NCBI GenBank assembly: GCA_030704615.1
Contig: CM060732.1
Span: 5,766,001-5,830,000, forward strand
Direction of reading: 5' to 3'
Origin: Takakia lepidozioides
Lineage: Eukaryota; Plantae; Bryophyta
DNA: 64,000 bases
The notes below the pieces were generated by a model. That model had not been told where the DNA came from. It ran no database searches and was given only the letters and a program-made list of their open reading frames with translations. Shown in pieces: positions 10,565 through 21,500 of the stretch. The stretch's first letter is position 1. Every line of letters begins with the position of its first letter. A program made the translations under genes and the position numbers.

Positions 10565-13500
10565 TCAGCTGGGCTCACTATCCGTATCCAAATAATCTTC
10601 TCCTTCACTACCCACATCTGCAATTTGCCTGGCGGTAATTACCAACCCTGGAATGTCTTCCTCATTAAAGGTAACTGCTCCTTCCAAAGAGACTGGTTCG
10701 GCCGTATCTGGTAGATTTCGTGGTTTTATCAGACCCTCGTGGTCGGCATTCTCCCCTAGGTCCAGATCATGGACGTCGGCAACGACTCGTTTGGCCCGGG
10801 GGTCCTTGTGAAGAACCACCTTCCATCCCGGCGCATGGATGTCATCTGAAAAGAAAACTTGCTCAACTTGCGATGGGAAGATGAATGGCTCTTCATCTTG
10901 TGGTAGCATTTTTCTGAAATCAGCAAGGAGGAACCCGTACTCATCCCGTTTCATGGTGGCATTCTCTCCTACCATATTGGCTTTACCCAAGAACAACGGA
11001 ATAGAATTGGCTTCACAAGACCATAGTCTAGTTTAAGGATCTCTTTGATCACTCCTACATATTGCACATGGCATGAAATTGGATTCTGATCTCGTGCACA
11101 GCTCCTACTCTCTTGTTCAAAAAATGATGCCACTCCGCTGTCATAAGTCACCAGGAGGCTGGTGTTGGCATCGTCCACTCTATAGTGATTGCCATATGCT
11201 TTCATTGACCGGTACGAAGTGGCAATCAGCCCTGGGGGGAATGACAGACTCACCATGCCCTCATCTGGGTCCTCGTTCTCTGATGCGTACACTGCAATTG
11301 CAGATCTGACCCACACTGTAAAGAGCTGCAGCTCCTCCATTGTTGTCGGGTACTCCACCGGGGATCTGCGCCTACGACCGCCCCTCCGCCATGCTTTTGC
11401 AAATGCTCTCCGTTCCGTTTTCAGGCGGACCTTCTCCGCTGCATATTTTCTGGTAGAAACCAAATAGAAGCTGCAACTCAGTCCCCCTGACCAACACCGT
11501 ATTGTACATGCATGCCACATGTAGAGTGTGTCCTTTCAAGCACATTGTAGTGATGCAGCCTACTTCATGATCACTTGCAAGCAACAACACCAACTACGAA
11601 ACACCCTCTGTTGTCGTCTGAAGCACCCTGTTAGTACACGATCCCACTCCCATAGTGGCCGGAATGACTTGTGACAATATATATGTAATTCATGCATACA
11701 AAGACCATTAAGAATAGCACAAGAGGGATGTAAAGTTTACACCCACTGTCTCCATGGTGTCATGGTTGTTGTGTTGTTCAGCACATAATCATGTGCCACA
11801 TCCCGAAGGCGCAGGCTCATGGCACGCTTTGTTCCACCACCTTCTAGGACCTCGCCTACAACTCCTTCTTCCTCGTTCTCGTCCCACACCCGTCGTTGTA
11901 TTGCATCAAATGAAGACATATACTCTGTCATGAAGCCCAGGGCTTCGTCGCGGATGTAGCCCTCCGCCATACTCCCCTCTGGCCGTGCCATGTTGCGTAC
12001 ATACCCCTTCAGATCCTTCATGTACCTCTCCATGGGGTACATCCAACGGCTGGCTACGGGCCCACACACATGCAGCTCCTCTACAAGATGCACTAGCAAG
12101 TGCGTCATGACGTCAAAGAATGATGGAGGGAATTCTTTCTCCAGCAAACATAGGGTCACAGCCACATCCTCATGCAGCGATGTAATGTCCCTCGGATCCC
12201 ACACCTTCGCACAAATCTTCCTAAACACTCGACTTACACGCATTATGGCTGTTCGAGGACCCGACGCCATCGTACCCCGAATGCACACTGGCAAAATCTG
12301 CTGCATCATCACGTGTAGATCATGTGACTTCATCCCCGACCATTTCTTGTTTATGGCATGATTTTGGAAAGCACCCGAGAATCCGGTTGGCACTTTCATG
12401 GCTCCCAATGTCTTCAAAAATTCCTCTTGCTCTGATTTGGTCAGGACGTATGATGCTGCTGGCATGAGCACTTTGCCTGGTCTATTTGGATCAGGCCTTA
12501 GCCACAGATGTGACCGTATCCCTTCAATCTCCATGTCCTTTCGTACGTTTATCGTATCCTTCTCCCCAAAGATAGTCTTCAGAATGTTCTCGCAGAAGTT
12601 CTTCTCACAATGCATGGGGTCCAGGAGGTACCGCTGCAAGAGGTTCTGAAATGCCAAATGTCCTCCCATGAGACCAAGTTTATGGGCAAAAATAGAAGAA
12701 TATGTGGCAGAAGTTGTCCATGTTACTACATTCTGCTTTCAACAACTGCACGATCCTCTACACAGTGAGGTGTACGACTTCAACATCTACTGCATATAGT
12801 TACACTGACTTAGGAGTTGGTGGAAGGACTCCTGACAGTAAAGGTAATTCCAGGAAGCACAATGTGAAAGAAAGTGAGTGAATGGGGGGGGGGGGGGGGG
12901 GGATTCATGCACCTTCCAGTATGGCAAATCCCAAAGGATTGTCCGGCGCTTCACCCCGTGCGACATGGCTGGATCCGCACTACTTCCTTCTCTCCCTCCA
13001 ATCTCCATGAACGCCTCTTTCTCCTTTGCAAATTGCAATGTCTCCTCCGGTGTCACAGCATTTGGTGCCATTCTCTTTTCAACACATCCATTGAAGTGCC
13101 GGCCTGCTCGTCGGTAGGGGTGGTTTCTTGCAAGGTAACGTCGATGCCCCATGTATATTGTCTTCCCTAATGGCTTTGAGTGCCGTGAATCCACATAGGG
13201 CCCACAAATGGGGCACCCTTTGTAGCCCTTCGTCTTGCAACCCGCAACAAGGCCATATGCGGGGAAATCGTGGATTGGAATGCCAAGTCATGAGCTCACT
13301 AATGGTCTTGCATTTGTACATTCGTAATAGACGGGGGATAAGGGGAAAGTGCCTCAACACCTTGGCTGGCTGTTGTAACCTGCCCACATCATGGTATCGG
13401 GCTGCACCGCATTTGGGGCACTCCATAGCGTCCTTGTACTCTCTTCTGAAAAGTACATGTCCTTTTGGACATGCATGTATTTTCACGTAGTTGAGGCCGA

Positions 13501-14237
13501 GCTTCCCAATCATTTTGTTGGCCATGTGACAGCTTTTTGGCATTTCATTTGGTTGTGGAAGCAAGTTCAGCCGAAGCAAAGAGAACAACTCGTCCACAAA
13601 ATGGTCTGACACACCGTGGGTTGTGCACAGGTTCATCAACAGCATGCTGGCAGCAAGCTTTGTGGATTTGCATCCCTCGTACAGTGGCACACATGCTTCT
13701 TCTAGTGTCATGTGTGCAGAATTCTCATTTCCATCTCCACCTCCTTCCACGCCTTCCCCCACGTGAATGCCTTCATTTCCTGCGTCATCACCATCCCCAG
13801 TTGTCGCAGCGCCGTCCCCCTCTTCAGCATCGTCCATGATGTGGAATGCTTCCTGCAACATTCGAGTAATCTCCACCCCTCCGTCCATGCCTGGTTCCTG
13901 TCCTGCGCCCATGACATAGTCCTCGTCTGGCCTGTCTGTATGGCTCCCTCGGGGGTGTGCATTGTCCAATTGTGCCCACTCCTCATCGTCTTCGTCTGCA
14001 GGTCCATCTCCAATCCACACCCGAAATGCTTCATGTCTTTTGTGGTGAAGGAGATGTGTGCACACCGTCCTCAGATCTACTTGTAGTGCCCAAACAACGT
14101 TCACATGGGCATGGCATCCTTGAAAGCCCAAGGGCTCGGGCACGTGCCACTTCTCTTTCCCACAACCTGTCATCCCGGTTGTTCTGTCTACAGGGGTGAT
14201 TAATTGGAAGTCCTCCGCATGGGCGAGGGGAACTCAT
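10565..14237 (-). pseudogene. CACTA TnpD/Tnp2-type transposase (N-terminal CPCxxC, Transposase_21, DUF4218, DUF4216), with introns and an internal deletion
   Basis: Motifs MPCPCERC, IHACPKGHVLF, KVLRHFPLIPRL, LDPMHCEKN, KSHDLH, FPPSFFDVMTHLLVHL, RWMYPMERYM, PEGSMAEGY and DEEPFIFPSQVEQVFF. About 405 bp present in copy 2 is missing at 13275. Confidence 0.92.
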
Positions 14238-14814
14238 TTTTGTTGGGGAACTCAAGACAGACAGGAGAGAGAAGTGGGTCTATGGGCATATCAGAATTAC
14301 AAGAGCACACCAAAAGACTGGAGATTTGTTCCATCTATGCACCTTCGGTACAGATGGTGAAGAGAGGCAAAGGCCGTGTGGGGAAGTACATACATCAACT
14401 CCCCCAACTGCACGAACTATTGGGCCCCTTGTTCTCTTCCATGGTATGCTCTGCCCCAATCCAAACACCCTGAATTCTCCATTGTTGCTACTGCAGCCTG
14501 CTTTCATTCACATCAACAGCATGTCAAGGGCGTCACAAGAACTTCCTATAGGAAATGTGACAGTTTATGGGAGAGGAGATATGTCAATCATATCTTCATT
14601 TACCAGGAAAGATGATAACCCCATCCCCACCTCACAGCCAACAATCTCCACGACGCCAGACTTTCATATGTCAGCATGCACCTGTTTTGACCTTCTGGCA
14701 GGCTGGCCCACACCTTCGAAGTAACACAAACGGATATGACCTGGTCAAATTTCCCCTTTTCAGCCTCAACGACACTCCCTGTGCCCAGCTGTAGAAGAGG
14801 GCAAGCAGGTCTTC

Positions 14815-15393
14815 GGATATTCTCAGCAAGGGCATGGCAAAGATGCTCTGCAACTTTTCAACCAAGTTTTGAAACAGCAAGGGGTGAAGCCAAATGATGT
14901 TACACTCATTGCAGTTCTGTCTGCATGCAGCCATATGGGCCTAGTAGATGAAGGACAACACTATTTCCATTCTATGAGTAGAGATTATAGATTGTACTCA
15001 TAAGACGTTGTATGCCGTAGCCTTGTGGCCATTGACCCTGCGCCCAGTTTGAGCGGGAACAAAAGGAACAGAACCTACCTCCGTCAGGGGCTGACGGTGG
15101 TAGTAAGACTTACCATCATATAAGGAATTAATCCGGGTTTTCCAGATATCCTCTAGAAAACCCTTCACACAAGCATCAATCTGCTGTGTGTGATAATAGA
15201 ATCATTCCAACAGGAAAACATTTTGGCTGCATGGTTGACCTTCTTGGCCGTGCAGGGCGCTTGGATGAGGCGGAGAATTTCATCAACAGAATGCCAATTA
15301 AACCAGATGCTTTAGTGTGGGGCTTTACTTGGTGCCTGCAGAATACATGGCAATGTGAAGCTAGCAGAGCGTGCTGCAGAATGTTGTCTCAAA
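14815..15393 (+). pseudogene. Captured PLS-class PPR gene fragment (L2-S2-E region) split by a LINE 3' end
   Basis: GYSQQGHGKDALQLF..GVKPNDVTLIAVLSACSHMGLVDEGQHYFHSMSRDYR | [40 protein letters not shown], then a frameshift to [20 protein letters not shown]. Confidence 0.9.
14992..15195 (-). mobile_element. 5'-truncated LINE 3' end with a 5-bp TSD (ATAGA)
   Basis: 15101-15195 matches the LINE at 49275-49370 ([18 protein letters not shown]). ATAGA occurs at 14987-14991 and 15196-15200. Removing the insert restores the PPR frame (DYRIIP). Confidence 0.8.
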
Positions 15394-15589
15394 GGTGAAA
15401 AGTTTCAGATGCAGACATACGGTGTGACATTTCTGGTAGTCAGTGAAGGACCGAAAGTGAGGAAAGAGATATGTGTATCACGTCTGTGGGATTCCTAAAG
15501 GGCCACAAGGAGTAGAACAACAAACAAATAACCATAGAAGGGCCCACAAAGAGTCAGAGAACTACTCAAGGCTAATATCGGTTCATTGT

Positions 15590-15705
15590 TGCAACTGGCC
15601 CCACCATCTGACCTTGAATTTATGTCGTCGGGAGCTTAAGGAACGAATGCCAAACTCGCCCCGAACAGCCACATTGGCTGTTTTGGAGCATGCTGACATG
15701 CACAT
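15590..15705 (-). mobile_element. Short diverged LINE ORF2 fragment
   Basis: CCCCACCATCTGACCTTGAATT...CAGCCACATTGGCTGTTT matches 49955-50060. Confidence 0.7.
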
Positions 15706-16106
15706 GAAAACCGTGTCAAGGGCTTGGTGTCAATTGTGCTAAGAGATCAGCTAGTGAGTCGAGGTAACCCTCCCCGTGATTGTGAAAAAGAAGACATACC
15801 GAGTCATTTTCTTATCCAAGCATATATTAACCATGATAGATGAGACCTTTAGTTTTTGGATGGATAATAGACAAGGCCGCTTTTAAGGACATTGACCATC
15901 CTACCAGGACTACCTCTCATTTGCTTGAAGCCTGGACTGCAATAAGACATTGAGGATATGAACTGTTCAAGCATTACAAAAAATGAAAGAAACAAAGAAA
16001 CTGTATGATGTCCACTGGAGATTACAGAACAAGCCTGCATAACAGGCCAACCAAATGTCAGTTGTGTGAATCACTACATCTAGTTGTCTGGAGGACTGTA
16101 AGTGGT

Positions 16107-16115
16107 TTAGGGTTT
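16107..16115 (-). promoter_or_regulatory. Telo-box (AAACCCTAA) in the divergent promoter region of the CACTA
   Basis: TTAGGGTTT at 16107-16115, ~220 bp upstream of the accessory-gene ATG. Confidence 0.4.
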
Positions 16116-16694
16116 AACGTCTCAAAGTCGAAAAGGCCATAGTGTCGGATGCACGACACGTGTTCATATTTGAAATCAACAACGGCCGGATCTTCACCTT
16201 GAGCTCGGGGGGTGTGTGATCACACTCCCCTCCTTGTCCTTCTTTCCTCCTTTGCATGTCTTGGTCTTCCTCGCTCGTCTTTGTCTTGCTCATGGTCTAT
16301 GTCCTCGCTCGTCTTCATCTTTGTCATGGTCTATGTCCACGCCTAGTAAGAAGCGGTCGACCGCCGAGGCAGCATCACCTCCTCCCACTTGTGCACATTC
16401 CAGCCCCGCGGTGCGAAGGAGCCCCCGCCTGGCTCGACTGAATCTGGTACAGATGGCGTCGGTGCGAGAGGGAAGGCAGAGCAGTGGGCGGTCTTCCAGT
16501 TTGGATTCTGACACAAGCGACTATAGCATGGGCGACGACGATGAGGTGGAGGACAGTTCGGCGGAAATTGCACCTCCATCTGCAGAGTCTCTCCAAAAGG
16601 TGCGCAAACGGCACAAACCCGCTGCGCATGAGGTGAGTTCTACCCCTACTTCTGTTCATGTTCTATGGGCGTTGAGTTCTCCTGAAACTGAAAC

Positions 16695-17825
16695 TGGGAT
16701 GCACATATCCATAAAGTTGTTCAATCGGATCTCGTAGTATAGAGGGCAGTAGAAGAAGAAGTGTTCTTCAGTTTCAATTTCCTTGCTGCGCCCTATGCAA
16801 GCTGGACATAGGCGGTCCTCCCGTTGCAGGTTTTCCCATCTGCCAGTCTCTATCCGTAGGTTGTGGGAACCCACCCTGAACTGCCCCAATGCCCTCAGGA
16901 GGGAAGGAGCTAAGGGTGCTGAAAGGTAATTTGGTCTCAAGATTCTATCATCGCGGAGCACCAAGAATGTCTCTCGATAGAAGTGGAGCTTTGTTGTGAG
17001 ATTGGGTAGCATCCAAGTTCTCTTCACATGTAATTCCATAAGCTCTCTCCGAATGAGTCTGTTGCGGTCATGTGTGGATGTGATGTCCACCTCATCTGGG
17101 TTCATTGGTAATAGGAAAGTAGTAGAAAGTCCGTTACGTTGAAATAAACTGTCCACTCGAGCATACCAGGAGTTCCCGAAACCTGCAGCTTTGAGCCTCA
17201 TAGATGTTGTGAGGGCCCTTGCCACTAGCCCTTTGGGTGGAAGGGCCTGCAATCTATTCCTCACAGATTGTAAGCCTGAACTGTGCCTCGGATTGCAATG
17301 GTACACATGCGAACTCTGCACCTAGGATCTGAGAGGGAGTTGTGCTCCTGGCGCCAAGCATTGCTTGGAGAAAAGATGACTGTAATGGTTCCAAAATCTT
17401 TTCCCACCAGGAGACAGGGACACCAGGTGCCCAGAACTCACAACCATAGATGGTAGCAGGGCTGACGACGGTGTCAAACAGACACTTTTTGGTCGGGGGA
17501 TGCCGCACATGTATTTGCTTGCATTTGGCGTGAAGGCGGACGGAGGCCGCCTTACCTTTAGTCAATCTGTCCAAGGCAGTGGCTGCAAAGTGAAACTTGG
17601 GGGAGTGGATAACCAGACCTAGGTACCGGTATGATTTGACAATCTCAATTTCCTGCTGGTTGAAGATGAATCTACGATCAGCCTGGCCATTGAAGACCAT
17701 GATCTTGGTCTTGCTAAGATTGACTTGCATCCCAGAACTGTTCCAAAATTTAGAGATGGCGTTGCAGAAAGACCGGGGATTGTGCCAAAAGGGCAACATC
17801 ATCAGCGTAGAGGAGATGTGATTGG
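16695..17825 (-). mobile_element. LINE ORF2 fragment A (RT from YADD to the C-terminal Cys/His domain), in intron 1 of the accessory gene
   Basis: LLYADDVALL (~17810), MQVNLSKTKIMVF, SYRYLG and FRVGSHNLRIETGRW..CPAC..ETEEHFFFYCPLY. Confidence 0.88.
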
Positions 17826-17847
17826 GCAGAAAATGAAGTTAGGCAGA

Positions 17848-18575
17848 AATGTGCAGTGGTAGCAATCAACGACAGAGGAGAGGGAGGAAGTGATCTTAAG
17901 TGGCAGTGGGGTAGCCAAGAGATCTCGGTCCTCCCTTCCTACACTTACCTAGGCGTTGAGTTTTCCTCCAATTGTAATTGGGATGCACATATACGGAAAG
18001 TTGTTCAAACTGGCAAGGGCAAAGCTCTGGGGCTCACTAAATTTTTCCACTGCAGAGGGGTCATCTCTGAGGTTAAGAAAACCATGCTTTGTCGCGTTAT
18101 TAGACCTGCCTTGGAGTACGGATCTGCTATATGGGTTGATAACTCCAACCAGGCTAAGTCTCTAGAATCCATTCAAGTGGGGGTGCTTAAGGAGTGTATG
18201 TCAGCATGGAGAAAACAGCCAATGTGGCTGTTCGGGGGTGAGTTGGCATCCCATCCTTAAGCTCCCGACGAGATGAATTCAAGGTCAGATGGTGGGGTCA
18301 GCTGCAACATATGCCCAACACCAGATATCCTAAGTTGATCGACTCTAAATCTTGGAAACAGGACCGCCCTGTCAAACAGACTAAGTCCTGGCAGAAGAGA
18401 GTAGAAAAGATTCTCAAGGACCTGGACCTGGATCCGCAAGTCTTGACCCTGCTGGATAAATCTGCCTTACAGGCTGTAGTGTCTGAAGCCATGTCTGTTG
18501 CCATGAGATTGTCTGATGAAAATGAAGTTAGGCAGAGAACTTCCCTGAACTTGTTTCCAGTCAGTGACATGGGGG
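17848..18575 (+). mobile_element. LINE ORF2 fragment B, head-to-head with fragment A
   Basis: KCAVV, SYTYLGVEFSSNCNWDAHI and IRPALEYGSAIW. Copy 2 retains a further ~410 bp with CPLCGQSEDSIHFLIRCP. Confidence 0.85.
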
Positions 18576-21500
18576 ATAGGGTCATTGTCTGACTCCTGCC
18601 GTGGGTGCTATCACCATACAGACCACCGGCTATCCAACCTATATCCAAGCTGAATCAATTTTTGTCTGCACCTGTGTTTACAAACATTGAGAGTCTTTAG
18701 GCCTTTTGGGGCTCCGATGCTGGGCTCCGCCATACAGCCATTTGCTGATTGTGTGAATAGATGTCCACTCCCTATGTGCAAAACCCAGATGGATGTTCTG
18801 TTTCCTGGTAAGTGTGTATGATGGTACTGATGTGAACCCGCCCACATTATGTTTCTTCACCAATGAATGGCCTTACATGTTATGAGGACATTCTGTCCCT
18901 CTCCTTTTCAGTTTTTGGCACTTGCGCTGCAGGGGAGTGGGTTTGAGGTCAGCCAATCCATAGTTGTGGTTGTGGGATCGTTTGTGCTCTGGTGACGTTG
19001 TGTTCAGTAGGACTACAGCTGATGCACCTTGTGTGTGGGATGTTTTTGGCAGCGGAAGGGGAGTGAAGCTGCAGCAAAGCACTCACAGCCACCACACAAT
19101 GCCAACCAACACCAACCTTGGCACCCACCCCCTGCCGCATGGTCTCCACAACAGAGTGCACCATGGGGAGCCCCCCCTGCTTCGGGGTCGTGGCGTTGGC
19201 TTCCTGATGCTGGCACGTCACAATGGGGGCCTCCCACATCTCCATACGGCCCTCCCCCCTCCGGCACACATCAGTCACCCCCCACAACGTATGACGGCGC
19301 TGCTCCAGAGCATGGGGGCAGGAAACGGACATCAGAGCTGAGGAAGGAACGACGCCATGCCATGAAACAATGGGAAGGAGATGGAGAGGGAAGGGTGGCT
19401 GCAGGGCTAAAGCGCCACAAGGTGGAGGTGCATGGAAATGGAGTCATCAATGTTGGCTGCGAAGGTAAGGAACACTGGCAGCGTGATTTGCGTGGCCTGG
19501 CATTGCGTTACCTTGACTCAAGCGTACAAGACATTGACCAGCAGTCCCAGAGTGCCATGTCAACAGTAATAGAGGGCATAAATGGAATGTACGAGTACAG
19601 ACCTATCCCTGCCAATCGTGATTTTATAGTGAAGCAGCATGTGGGAAGATAATGAAAGGAGAAAGAGCAAAACTGAAAGATAAATGGGCAAAGACTGGTG
19701 TGAGGCCAATGAACACTGAACCCGCCTATTGGGATAAGCTTGTTGCCTACTGGGAGTCCCCTCGTGGACTTGCAAAGGCTGAAGGGATGAAGCAAGCGCG
19801 TGCTTGTGTCACGAACCCCTCGCGTTGGGGCCGGGCAGGAGGGAGTTGCAGGCCAAGCAGCCCGTTTGGTAATCTCCTCACCCCCTTCTCATTGCTCCTA
19901 CGTTGTGGCATGTTCTGATGGAAGAGACACCCACGAGTGGGTTTTATTGCTTGTGCAGAATTAGTTGTTATGTGATATGCAGGGCAGTGCTTTGTCCATA
20001 TGCTCCTGGCATTTTGTACTGACAGTGTGTGGATGGGCAAATACAGAAAAGACGCAAAGCGCGGAGCCCGTCACTGTCCGAGCTCGGGGCGGAGCAAAAG
20101 AACTATGCGACTGGCACCCCATCAGAGTCTGTTTTGAGCCAGGTTTTGAAGTCCGGTTTCCATTCATGAATCTGTTGTTGTACTAAGATTTGGTGGGTAT
20201 GTGGGGCCCCCACGCATGGTACACGAGGGGTGTTATGCCAAACCCAGCCATCTCCGAATGCCTGAAATCCTGCACATTCGGCCTCTTCTTCTGGTTTTTA
20301 ACAGTACGGGTGGGTGTTTGTATGCGTAGGGAGCGGGGAACTCAATGGCAGCCCGCATCGGGGCCCTGGAGAGGCTTGCGGCTCTCTCTGCGGAGCGGGA
20401 GAGGGGAATGGAAGCACAACTGAAGAAGATAGTGAAACTCATGATGAGGCAAAAAGGGGGTGTGACGGTGGCATTATGGAAGACCCCCCTGCTGCGACCA
20501 TTGTACCTGAGAAGGAGGAAGTAATTGTAGTGGGTAGGGATGTGACAGAGGTCCAGCCTGTTGTTGATGATATTCACAGTGGGGGGCAGGGTCCACTCGT
20601 TGAAGAGGGAGAGGTCCAGCGAGTTGGTGGGGATGACATGGACGATGGGGGGGTCATTGCTCATTCTATCAAGGGAAAAGGGGAAGCTGTAGGGGGAGAG
20701 GGTGGTAGTTTGCCTGGTCCAGGCTGCAGGGGGACCGAAACTTTGTCCTCCGGGGTGACTGTTGTCTCCCAACCCACTGAGGTGAGACCCCGTGACACCC
20801 CTTCAAAAGCTCCTTTCATAGAAAAGTCGAAACTAATTGTTCTAGACCTGAACGGGATCCTGTGCCACTCTATTCCTAACTTTCAGCCCAACCCGAGGCG
20901 TCATTGGCCATGGGTGTTGACCACCAACAAGTATGTTTTCCCAAGGCCCCAGGTCTGCGAGTTTTTAAACCTTCTCTTCCGTCATTTCTACGTTGGGATA
21001 TGGTCCTGTGCTTCCAAGGGGAATGTTGCAGACATCTTCAAAGTGGTGATGCAGGGGTCAAGGGTTCTCCCCTCTTTGTGTGGTCACAAGAGGAGTGTGA
21101 CCCCTTGACAGAGCCACACCCCACAAAAGGGCCTGCCGTACAGAACTTACAGAAGAGACTGTCGAGGGTGTGGTTGGAATTTTCTGGATTTAACGAATCC
21201 AACACCCTCCTAGTGGATGATTCACCACACAAGGGGAGGGGGAACTCCCCTTTGAACATGGTCCATCCATTGTCGTTTGATGTCACTAGCAATGTCAGTG
21301 AGGGGCCCGATTCAGAGTACCTTTTAGAAACAGTCTGGCCCTACTGCCAAGATTTGTTTTGCTCCAAGGATGTGCGTGTCTTCACAAGCACGCGGAAGCT
21401 GACCCCGACTGGCAGCTTGAATGTGGGAGAGGATGGGGTCGTTGGGGGAAGTACTTCTGCGCCCATGCAGGTGAAACTAACCTTACTTTTTTGCAACATG

